Source: Planctomycetota bacterium
Lineage (GTDB): Bacteria; Planctomycetota; UBA11346
Direction: 5' to 3'
DNA length: 64,000 nucleotides
Assembly (NCBI GenBank): GCA_017302815.1
Contig: JAFLCQ010000003.1
Location: 2,042-66,041 of the forward strand
Under the pieces are notes generated by a model. The model did no database searches and was not told the origin of the DNA. It was given only the letters and a program-made list of their open reading frames with translations. Numbering within the stretch: the first letter of the stretch is position 1; each line of letters opens with the position of its first letter. Shown here piece after piece: positions 17,521 through 24,827 of the stretch. The position numbers were made by a program, and so were the translations under genes.

Positions 17521-17700
17521 TCAGTGGCTATGACCGCTGTGGCCACCGTGGCCGCTGCCATGCGATCCCGCACCGGAGCTCCGGTCAGAGCAGCCAGCCA
17601 CGGCCAGGATCCCGATCGTCAGAACCACGGCGACCAGCATGATGATGGTGCGCACCGATGGGCCACGGCGCTGGGAGGTTGCAGAGGAGCAGCAGTCCAT
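17521..17700 (-). CDS. Mini-lipoprotein with His-rich tail (below ORF-track size cutoff as an independent gene)
   Basis: MDCCSSATSQRRGPSVRTIIMLVAVVLTIGILAVAGCSDRSSGAGSHGSGHGGHSGHSH. It has a charged n-region, a hydrophobic core and a lipobox VAGC. The predicted mature part is 23 aa containing 6 His. It sits 15 nt after the stop of the upstream gene. Confidence 0.55.
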   Translation of the reverse strand: MDCCSSATSQRRGPSVRTIIMLVAVVLTIGILAVAGCSDRSSGAGSHGSGHGGHSGHSH

Positions 17701-17714
17701 GGAGGCCTCGCGCG

Positions 17715-18050
17715 TCAGTGCTGGTGGTTGCCGTGGCCGGCGGCGGGAGCGGGAGCGGGAGCAGCTGGAGCCGCATCTGCCTTGGCGGGCGCGTCGGTGA
17801 TCTTTTTCAGGTACTTGGCCGGTTCTTTCTCGAAGGACTTGATGCAGCCCTTGCAGCAGAACTTCACCTCTTGGCCATCCTTGACCACGGTGACGGTGCC
17901 GCCCATCGCATCGAGCTTCTCGTTGCTGACGATGCAGGTGTCGAAGGGGTAGGCCTTGGCCTTGGGGGCATCGGCTGCGGGGGTGTCGGCACCCCACGCG
18001 GCGGCGGCGAGGAGCGAGGCGATGGTGGTCGTCAGGAGCATACGGGGCAT
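17715..18050 (-). CDS. Secreted YHS/TRASH-like metal-binding protein with His-rich C-terminus
   Basis: Signal peptide MPRMLLTTTIASLLAAAAWG, then CIVSNEKL...QEVKFCCKGCIKSFEKEP and a tail ...AAGHGNHQH. Paralogue of 6862-7149. First gene of the minus-strand operon. Confidence 0.7.
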   Translation of the reverse strand: MPRMLLTTTIASLLAAAAWGADTPAADAPKAKAYPFDTCIVSNEKLDAMGGTVTVVKDGQEVKFCCKGCIKSFEKEPAKYLKKITDAPAKADAAPAAPAPAPAAGHGNHQH

Positions 18051-18454
18051 GGTGGAGATCCTTGGGGGTACACTCTATAATGTCGCCCCGATGTCGCCTG
18101 TTCCACGTCGGTTGAAGAACCCCTGGCGAATCGAGAGGCATGCATCGCGCAGTTTATTGCCAGAACAGAAGTTATGATCCGCAGCGTGGGTGTGGACGCT
18201 TCGCCGCCAGCGAGCCGTTCCCCACACATTCGGGCATGGCGTCATCGGTTGGAGGCGGACCCAGGCCTCACCTCCATGGGGAACAGGTCGTCGAGCCAGG
18301 CGGTCGGCTTGGAAACATGGATAACGTCACCAACAGGCTTCGTGTCTCAGGCTGCATCGCCCAACATATGGCGAGACAACCCACATGGCCTTGACGTATT
18401 CTTCATGAAAGGCGGCCCTCCACCCTCCGCCTCACCCTGACTAAGGAGCCCGCC

Positions 18455-18886
18455 ATGCGCCTCTCGCTCATCACCACCCTGATCCTCCTCGCTGCCAGCG
18501 TCTTCGCCGCCGATACGGCCACGAACACCGCCAAGCCCTGGTACATCGGCCCCAAGGGCGGCGACGTCCGCAAGGGGCACACAACCTCGCCCCGTGAACT
18601 CTGGGTGGCCATCCACGGCACCGATGCGGTGCCGGCCACTGCCGCCGCGGCGTCCCCGAAGCCCTGGTACATCGGCCCCAAGGGCGGCGATGTCCGCAAG
18701 GGGTACGCGCCCTCGCCCCGTGAACTCTGGGTGGCCGTCCACGGCACCGATGCCGCGTCGGCTGCTGCCGTCGCGGCGACCCCGAAGCCCTGGTACATCG
18801 GCCCCAAGGGCGGTGACACCCGCAAGGGGCACACGCCCTCACCCAGTGAACTCTGGGTTGCTGTCCATGGCAAGGAAACACGTTGA
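18455..18886 (+). CDS. Secreted repeat protein, PWYIGPKGGD-repeat family (3 tandem 42-aa repeats)
   Basis: Signal peptide MRLSLITTLILLAASVFA, then three units KPWYIGPKGGD(V/T)RKG...SP(R/S)ELWVA(I/V)HG. RBS-like aaggag lies 7 nt upstream of the ATG. Confidence 0.75.
   Translation: MRLSLITTLILLAASVFAADTATNTAKPWYIGPKGGDVRKGHTTSPRELWVAIHGTDAVPATAAAASPKPWYIGPKGGDVRKGYAPSPRELWVAVHGTDAASAAAVAATPKPWYIGPKGGDTRKGHTPSPSELWVAVHGKETR
18533..18886 (+). repeat. Tandem 126-bp coding repeat, about 2.8 copies
   Basis: aagccctggtacatcggccccaagggcgg recurs at 18533, 18659 and 18785, a period of 126 nt (42 codons). Confidence 0.9.
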
Positions 18887-18901
18887 ACACTTGGGACCAA
18901 G

Positions 18902-18936
18902 CCATCCGGTCACTCCTCCTGCAGGCGACCGGATGG
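18902..18936 (+). terminator. Stem-loop downstream of 18455-18886
   Basis: ccatccggtc (18902-18911) pairs with gaccggatgg (18927-18936) around a 15-nt loop. Only a weak T tract follows. Confidence 0.4.
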
Positions 18937-18955
18937 TTGCGCGCCGCAATCCGCA

Positions 18956-19183
18956 CTATCTGACATTCATAAAACGGGATCCATACCCGACCTTGGCGTT
19001 CTTGTGCCGAATCAATCGCTGGGCCAACAGCGCTCCAGGCCAACCGCCGAGGAGTTCGAGGACATGGAGCGTGGCCTCGGGCGTCCGTGGTCGATCGAGT
19101 CGGGCAGCGCGCTTGTCGAGGTAGTAGGCCAGGAAGGCGATCAGGCTCATCAAGCCGTAGACGGCGGCGATGATCTGGATCAC
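18956..19183 (-). CDS. DUF1294-like small membrane protein
   Basis: N-terminal TM helix, then YLDKRAARLDRPRTPEATLHVLELLGGWPGALLAQRLIRHKNAK, which matches the DK..A....RIPE..L....LGG..GA......HK pattern of DUF1294. The left copy of the 15-bp direct repeat lies inside it. Confidence 0.6.
   Translation of the reverse strand: MIQIIAAVYGLMSLIAFLAYYLDKRAARLDRPRTPEATLHVLELLGGWPGALLAQRLIRHKNAKVGYGSRFMNVR
19062..19076 (+). repeat. Left copy of 15-bp direct repeat (candidate att core)
   Basis: acatggagcgtggcc, identical to 43034-43048. Flanking sequence is unrelated on both sides. Confidence 0.55.
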
Positions 19184-19386
19184 CGCCTGCCGCCGGCGGT
19201 AGTGTGCGCCCAGTCTTCAACCCAACCGCGCATCTGACCCCGAAACGTGATCGGCACATCGGTTTGAGCGACCCAGAGGCGCAGTTGTGATTCGGAGATG
19301 CCGCGAAACTGCATGGCAGCGATGAAGTCGGGATTAGCCACGGCTTTGGCCAGGAGATCCTGAGAGCGGCCTGACCAGCGCATCAT
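19180..19386 (-). CDS. Small HTH protein (IS3 OrfA / transposase-HTH-like or excisionase-like)
   Basis: MMRWSGRSQDLLAKAVANPDFIAAMQFRGISESQLRLWVAQ resembles the ..GISESTLRNWV.. HTH of IS3-family OrfA proteins. The track ORF extends to 19509 and the start is uncertain. 4-nt overlap with the DUF1294 gene. Confidence 0.35.
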   Translation of the reverse strand: MMRWSGRSQDLLAKAVANPDFIAAMQFRGISESQLRLWVAQTDVPITFRGQMRGWVEDWAHTTAGGRR

Positions 19387-19495
19387 GTTGGGGCGGGGCA
19401 CGGGTATGAGCGTAGAAGAAGGCCAGTCGCCAACAAGGTGGGGCGATTTAACCCACCGCGCCCACCTTGCGACGGGCGCGGTGCGTATTGCCATC

Positions 19496-19747
19496 CTAAC
19501 GATTTGCAAACTGTTCGACGTCGTCGATGTCCAGGGTGAAGGCGTAGGTGTTGAGTCCGGCGACGACGAAGCCCGAACTCTCTTCGAGGATCATGTAACC
19601 GCCAAACTCAGCCGCGAGTTCGGTGCGGTTCACCGACTTGCGGAGCGTGAAACCACGACGATGCAGGCGACGGCGGAGGTTGGCTTCCTTCTTAGCCCGC
19701 TCAGTGGGTGTTAGGGTGGTAAAGGTTGGGTCCATGGAAGGATCCAT
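19496..19747 (-). CDS. Hypothetical small protein
   Basis: 83-aa ORF with a basic N-terminal half (KKEANLRRRLHRRGFTLRKS) and GGYMILEESSGFVVAG..TLDIDDVEQF. No function recognised. Confidence 0.45.
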   Translation of the reverse strand: MDPSMDPTFTTLTPTERAKKEANLRRRLHRRGFTLRKSVNRTELAAEFGGYMILEESSGFVVAGLNTYAFTLDIDDVEQFANR

Positions 19748-19915
19748 ATTGGAAACCCGTCCAAGCCCTCGATTAATCGGAGACTTGGATGGGAGGTTGA
19801 AGTCCTACTAGGCATTCCCATTTGATCGGGAACGCCATGCAGGCGTTATTGGTCAGACCGTCTCAGTATCCGGAGCCGGATCGGAAAACGGCAGTTCAGT
19901 TCGGATGGAGATACC

Positions 19916-20335
19916 CTAGTTGCTTAGTTCGATCCGTTTGACGTCATTGATGTTGCCCACGATGCAGGTCTTCAACTGGTCCAGCGACCGGACGACGACG
20001 CCCGCTCGCAGCCAGATGATGCTTCCTGCGGGAATCTCAGTGCCCACCGGCAGCACGATCGCCCCACAGCCGGCGACGACTCCCGCATCCATGGCGAAGT
20101 CGTGGACCCAAACTGGTCCAATGATCGAGCAGGAGATCCACGACGCGCCAGTGATTGCCGGGGATCCAGCAGCGAGCGAAGCCTCGATGGCCTTCTGATT
20201 ATCCCAGATTTCGTCGATCGAGATGTAGAGGTCGAGATTCGACAGGAGTTGCTGGATGTGGTCATCCGCGATCGGTTCTGCGTCGTAGAGTCGGGCGACG
20301 ATCGTGTTGATCGATTTCTGTGAAGTGGAAGACAT
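19916..20335 (-). CDS. Hypothetical protein (lower-GC cargo gene)
   Basis: 139-aa ORF with protein-like composition and visibly lower GC than its surroundings. No motif recognised. Confidence 0.5.
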   Translation of the reverse strand: MSSTSQKSINTIVARLYDAEPIADDHIQQLLSNLDLYISIDEIWDNQKAIEASLAAGSPAITGASWISCSIIGPVWVHDFAMDAGVVAGCGAIVLPVGTEIPAGSIIWLRAGVVVRSLDQLKTCIVGNINDVKRIELSN

Positions 20336-20468
20336 GGCTAGATCCTGGATGCTGGTTACGCGGCAATCGCAGATGCGCGATTCGTTGGCAGTTCCGGCCT
20401 CCGAGGCGAGAACAGCTCGGCATGTATCCTGTTGAGATGGGTCAACATGCCGGTCGTCGGTGCTCGAC

Positions 20469-20502
20469 CTCCGTCATCGTCCCTATCAGGACGATGACGG
20501 AG
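20469..20502. repeat. Perfect 14-bp-stem hairpin in intergenic region
   Basis: ctccgtcatcgtcc (20469-20482) and ggacgatgacggag (20489-20502) flank the loop ctatca. It lies about 135 nt downstream of the VWA gene on the minus strand. No U-tract. Confidence 0.6.
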
Positions 20503-20636
20503 CGTGGGCCCGGTCTGTGTAGACGGCTCGGGCAATCGCAAGGCTTGTCATCATGGCCGCGCGCGGGGTTGAATCTGCCCCCAAGCGGCCTGATTTTACA
20601 CCCAGTAGGGGTGGTTTCTCGCCAGTTTTGGGCGCG

Positions 20637-21812
20637 TCAGGACTCGACCCGGAGCACCAGGCCCCATGATGCCGGCGGGCGCCCGTTCTTCGTAAGTGCC
20701 CAGATTACATCGACCTGAGGCTGTTGCCGTGGCGCGGGCCCGAGGCCGTCGGTGAAGTAGACAACGAGCTCTGTCTGTCTGTTTTCGAGAAATGCAGACT
20801 CAAGCGGCGGCCGAAAGTCTGTCCCTCCACGTCCCTCGGCCATGTCCAGGGCGCCAGAGAACGGGTACTCGCGCTGGATGGCGGCGTCGCACTCGACTAC
20901 CGTCCATTCGGCCGTGTCCGCCAACCTGCTCAGGATGGCGGAGATCGATGCCAGCGTCGCACCATCGATGCTGCCGCTGGTGTCCACCACCGCGTTGGCC
21001 TTGACCTTCCGTCGTACTGGTGCGATCGCCGGGACCACGCCCAGCAGGTGCGGCGCTCTCCTGGAAGGCCGGTCGAAGCGATATCCGCGAGTCCTGGCCC
21101 ATCCCGTCCTGGCTTCCAGATCCCGTTGCAGTTCGTGGACCGTAATGTCGCGTGTCAGCTGCGGCAGGCGTTCCATCGCTGACCCTGATCGGTTCCCGAT
21201 ACTCGGGAAACGGCGACGAAGTCGCTGCAGATCTTCGGCATCATCCTTCAGGTTGATGCCGCCAGCCAGGATTTCGTCAACCGCGCTCCTAATCTGTGCC
21301 GTGACCATGGTCTCGTTCTCACGCAGTTGGCGCCAGCCATCATGCGAGTCCAGGGTGGGATCCCCGAAACCAGCATTCGGCTGATCGGTCGTAGCCAGGA
21401 TCCCGTACCGTTCGCGGGTATCCGTATCGAGCGGGAGCTGCGGGTAGTCGCTAAGGACGATTGGCTGTCCAGGCAAGTCGTCCAACCCCTCGTTCACCGT
21501 GACCTCCTGGGCGATGCGCAGGGCGCCCCAGTCGGGCCATTCGGCCGGATCCATGAAGCAGTGGCCGTACACCACATGGCGGACCTCGTGCATCAGCACG
21601 CCCACCAACTGGTCCCGCGTGATGGCCATCACAAAAGCGGGATCGTAGAGGAGGGCGATACGATCGCCCTCCCAGCAGACGCCCATGGTGCCGATATCCG
21701 ATGCCGCAACTCGCCACTGCGCCACGATGCCACCCAGCAGCGGGTGACGATCCAGGAGGCGGCGGATCCCGACCTGCATCGCGCTGGCTGCCAGTAGTGC
21801 ATCAGTCGCCAT
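20637..21812 (-). CDS. HExxH metallopeptidase-like + VWA domain protein (DUF2201-type)
   Basis: N-terminal half carries the zincin motif LMHEVRHVVYGH. The C-terminal half carries a MIDAS-like VVDTSGSIDG. This two-domain layout and its pairing with a MoxR-type ATPase match the DUF2201_N/VWA-like family. Confidence 0.7.
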   Translation of the reverse strand: MATDALLAASAMQVGIRRLLDRHPLLGGIVAQWRVAASDIGTMGVCWEGDRIALLYDPAFVMAITRDQLVGVLMHEVRHVVYGHCFMDPAEWPDWGALRIAQEVTVNEGLDDLPGQPIVLSDYPQLPLDTDTRERYGILATTDQPNAGFGDPTLDSHDGWRQLRENETMVTAQIRSAVDEILAGGINLKDDAEDLQRLRRRFPSIGNRSGSAMERLPQLTRDITVHELQRDLEARTGWARTRGYRFDRPSRRAPHLLGVVPAIAPVRRKVKANAVVDTSGSIDGATLASISAILSRLADTAEWTVVECDAAIQREYPFSGALDMAEGRGGTDFRPPLESAFLENRQTELVVYFTDGLGPAPRQQPQVDVIWALTKNGRPPASWGLVLRVES

Positions 21813-22785
21813 CGTTGAACTCCCGGATGGCTTCAGTGAGCATTCCGCGGAACTCGGCCGGCAGATCCTTGGCTAGCAGCGGCATATGCTTGCCCCAACG
21901 CCGCCGCTGTGCCGGTGACCGCTGCTCGTTCGGATTCGCGATCGTCAGCATCACTGACTTGACCAGCTTGTTCAACTGAGCCGTGTCGTTCTTCGCTGAT
22001 ATCTTCTTGATCAGCCCCCGGTAATCGGGGTAGCCGTCGAGCAGAACCGTGGTTTCGGGCAGCAGCATGCCACCCTGGGCCAAGAAGGCGAGGAAGGCCG
22101 TCGCCATCTTGTCGCCAACCAAACCCGAGATGCAGTTCATCTGCATCTCCTTTCCTGCCTTGGCGCTCTCAAGCTCCTTCAGCACCGAGCTGACCGCCGT
22201 CCAGGCCCGGGGGTTGCTTTCGGACGCCTCGAAGACGTCTGGCATCCACTGGATGAAGCCAATCACCAGGGGATGCACGTCATGCCGCCCAGCCCAGGTC
22301 AGCCACTGCGTCTTGTCCGGCTTGACTTCGATCCGCATGAACCGGGCTTCGAGGGCGGCGTCCAGCTGTCGTGTGCCGGTGTAGCCATCGCGAGCCGGAT
22401 TAATGGCCGCCACGGGCAGCCAACCCGGCGGCAGCACATAGTCGTTCAGCCGCCGCGCCGTCAGCAGTTCCAGGGTTGGAGCCAGCATGTAGGGCTGGGC
22501 GCGGTTCAACTCCTCCAGTACCAGGAGCCCATGCCCTGTGGTGGGGAGGAAATCAGGCGGAGCGAAGCTCGTCCGCCCTGACGCGATCGTCGGGATCCCG
22601 ACCAGGTCGGCGGGTTCCATGAGCGAGAGATCGCGCATGATATAGCCGATATCGAACGCGGCCGCCGCCTGCTGGAGGATCTCCGACTTGCCAAGCCCCG
22701 TTCCACCGACGAGCAGCACTGGCTGCTTTGCCTGATAGGCGATGGAGATCATATCGATGATATCGCTGCCGATGGAGATGGCCAT
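21802..22785 (-). CDS. MoxR/AAA_5-type AAA+ ATPase
   Basis: Walker A LLVGGTGLGKSE, Walker B GLLVLEELNRA, sensor AAINP and LDAALEARF (Arg finger region). 11-nt overlap with the downstream VWA gene. Confidence 0.75.
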   Translation of the reverse strand: MAISIGSDIIDMISIAYQAKQPVLLVGGTGLGKSEILQQAAAAFDIGYIMRDLSLMEPADLVGIPTIASGRTSFAPPDFLPTTGHGLLVLEELNRAQPYMLAPTLELLTARRLNDYVLPPGWLPVAAINPARDGYTGTRQLDAALEARFMRIEVKPDKTQWLTWAGRHDVHPLVIGFIQWMPDVFEASESNPRAWTAVSSVLKELESAKAGKEMQMNCISGLVGDKMATAFLAFLAQGGMLLPETTVLLDGYPDYRGLIKKISAKNDTAQLNKLVKSVMLTIANPNEQRSPAQRRRWGKHMPLLAKDLPAEFRGMLTEAIREFNDGD

Positions 22786-22788
22786 GGC

Positions 22789-23808
22789 TCAGCCCTCCAC
22801 CTTGGCATCGACGCTCGCTACGTCAGCTCCGGCCGGCGCGATCTCGTTGTCAGTTCCAACCTCAGTCACCCTCTCGGTTTCGATCTCAACCTCTGCCTCA
22901 GCTTCGGTCTCGACCGGCACTCTGTTGCGAAGCGAATCTTTCCCAGCGTGCGTCAGTTGGCGACCCTTCGGGGTGATCTTGACCCAGTCGAGCGTGTTCA
23001 GGTAGGGTTCGATGTGGCTCTGGATATACTCCCCAGGCTGGCGGATCTGCAGCGCAATGGTTTCCAGTGCGGCGACGCCACCCAAACGACTCAGGGCGGC
23101 GAGGTAGCTCTGCTGCAGCGAATCGCGATGGTACTGGTCGAATCCATGCGTCTCGAGGAAGCGCCGAACATCGCCCTCTTCGATCTGGATCTGTTCCTGC
23201 CCGCTGAGGCTACCTGCCAATGTCTGGATGCGCTGGCGGGCCAGCCGCGGGTTCCCCTGACTAGCGGCGGCGAGCAGCGTGATCGCCTGCGGCGTGAGCA
23301 GCAGTTCCTCACTAATCGTGATGCTCTTGATGATCAGGCGCATTTCGTCCGGCGTGTAGGGCGCCATCGGGATGACCAGCGTACAGCGCCCGTGTAGCGC
23401 CTTGGTCAGCAGATGCGGCTGGTCCGTGGCCAGGATGACGGTGCACACCGGACAGTCGCACTTGTGCAGGTTCTTCTTACTGGCCGCCTCCATGAAGCTG
23501 TACAAGCCTTCCTGGGAGCGGCGCGGCAGAGCGTGGGCTTCATCGATGAACAGGATGTCGTGGCTCTGGACTTCGGTCAGGGTCGTGGGGATGTTGAGAT
23601 CCCGGTCGGCAACGACCACACGGAACGTGGCATCCATCTCCATGGCGATGGCCTTGGCCAGTTCCGTTTTCCCGATGCCTGACGGCCCGATCAACAGCGT
23701 ATGGGGCATCAGGCGACCACGTTGCTTGGCGCCAGCCGCCTGGGTCCTGAGGATCTTCACTGCTTGGCGCTGACCGATGAATCCATGGAACGACTTCGGG
23801 GCGGTCAT
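22789..23808 (-). CDS. RuvB-like AAA+ ATPase paralogue
   Basis: Collinear with RuvB over its whole length: FIGQRQAV, LLIGPSGIGKTELA, ILFIDEAHAL, EGLYSFMEA, GNPRLARQRI (sensor 2) and a C-terminal winged helix EPYLNTLDWVKITPKGRQLT. It is atypical in having a Cys cluster HKCDCPVC and an acidic Glu/Thr/Val-rich tail. Confidence 0.7.
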   Translation of the reverse strand: MTAPKSFHGFIGQRQAVKILRTQAAGAKQRGRLMPHTLLIGPSGIGKTELAKAIAMEMDATFRVVVADRDLNIPTTLTEVQSHDILFIDEAHALPRRSQEGLYSFMEAASKKNLHKCDCPVCTVILATDQPHLLTKALHGRCTLVIPMAPYTPDEMRLIIKSITISEELLLTPQAITLLAAASQGNPRLARQRIQTLAGSLSGQEQIQIEEGDVRRFLETHGFDQYHRDSLQQSYLAALSRLGGVAALETIALQIRQPGEYIQSHIEPYLNTLDWVKITPKGRQLTHAGKDSLRNRVPVETEAEAEVEIETERVTEVGTDNEIAPAGADVASVDAKVEG

Positions 23809-24017
23809 GACACCACCTCCTGGTCGATCGTCAGTGAATCCGATACGTCTTGTGTGGTGCAGATCACCCAGCGGTCATCGTGGATGATCGTCTCGACGCT
23901 CTCGGGCTGAGGATTGGCGTCATCGAGGAGGTTTGAGTCCAGGATGACGGCGTCGTTCTTCTCGTTGTTTTCAGCGACCATCGCGATCGGCATGACGCCG
24001 GTTGACGAGATCGTCAT
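23805..24017 (-). CDS. Small acidic hypothetical protein
   Basis: 70 aa from ATG 24017 (the track gives a TTG start at 24068). Asp/Glu-rich. ATGA-type 4-nt overlap with the RuvB-like gene. Confidence 0.45.
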   Translation of the reverse strand: MTISSTGVMPIAMVAENNEKNDAVILDSNLLDDANPQPESVETIIHDDRWVICTTQDVSDSLTIDQEVVS

Positions 24018-24257
24018 TTCGGCGGCACCCGGATGATCCGAGTGCCGGCAAGAATACTTGTTACGCAAGGTAACCTCTGTGCGCCATAGGCGCAGATGTA
24101 GAACTAACCGAAGACGTCAGCGACGTCTCAAGCTCGTTGCGCAGTTACCTTGTAGGTGACCTGCGGTATCGTTCGACTTCGACGGCCTCATGGCCGCATC
24201 TTCTTCTTTGGCTGCTGAAACGGCAGCCACGCGCTGGCCCAAAAGGGTGTCTTTGGA

Positions 24258-24267
24258 CCCCCCCCCC
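24258..24267. repeat. C10/G10 homopolymer tract
   Basis: ggaCCCCCCCCCCgtg, ten consecutive C. It lies in a roughly 760-bp segment with no convincing gene. Confidence 0.9.
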
Positions 24268-24827
24268 GTGATGGGACAACTTCCACTGGTATGCAGACTT
24301 CAAGGAGCCGACCGTGATCACCGCGCTCCGACTCGGTTGGCACTCCCAGGTGAGGAGGGCGCCAGCCGGACGCAGCCGCTAAACCACCTCGGTGCCAAGC
24401 ACCAGGTAGCTGCAGGTGATGATCGTGATTGCCAGGGCCAGCGGCCCGGTGGACTTGGGTTTCTCGCACTACCTGCCCTTGGGGGCCGGTGCCGTTGGGG
24501 CTCGGAGTCGTCTCCGGCGATCTGGCGCTGCAGCCGTCTCGGCCATGTAGCGCGCTCAGTAGACCGGCTTCAGTAGCAATGTGGGTTCCCATTGCAAGCA
24601 ACTTCTTGCATCTTGAAGTGACAACGGTTTACGACGCAGCGATTGGTCAGCTCGCGAAAGATCCAACTGTCAATGGTGGCGGACCTAGTCGCCAGCGACT
24701 CCCCTGGGTTCGATCATGGAGCCCGACCCCGGAACACGGATAACTCGCAAACCATTGCTCGCGCTAACGTTGCAGGAATGATGCGGTTGAAGAGGCGAGG
24801 AACGGTCCGCAAGCGTCGCCGGCGACA

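Noticed and set aside
18533-18886. Regular 126-bp repeats considered as a possible CRISPR-like array
   Set aside because: The repeats are contiguous, with no unique spacers. They are in frame within a signal-peptide-bearing ORF and encode a conserved 42-aa protein repeat. No cas genes lie nearby.
24188-24601. Mirror-image ORFs 24188-24601 (minus strand) and 24190-24576 (plus strand)
   Set aside because: Both have implausible composition and no motifs, they overlap each other completely, and one reads through the C10/G10 tract. I treated the region as non-coding or degenerate (see finding) rather than calling a CDS.
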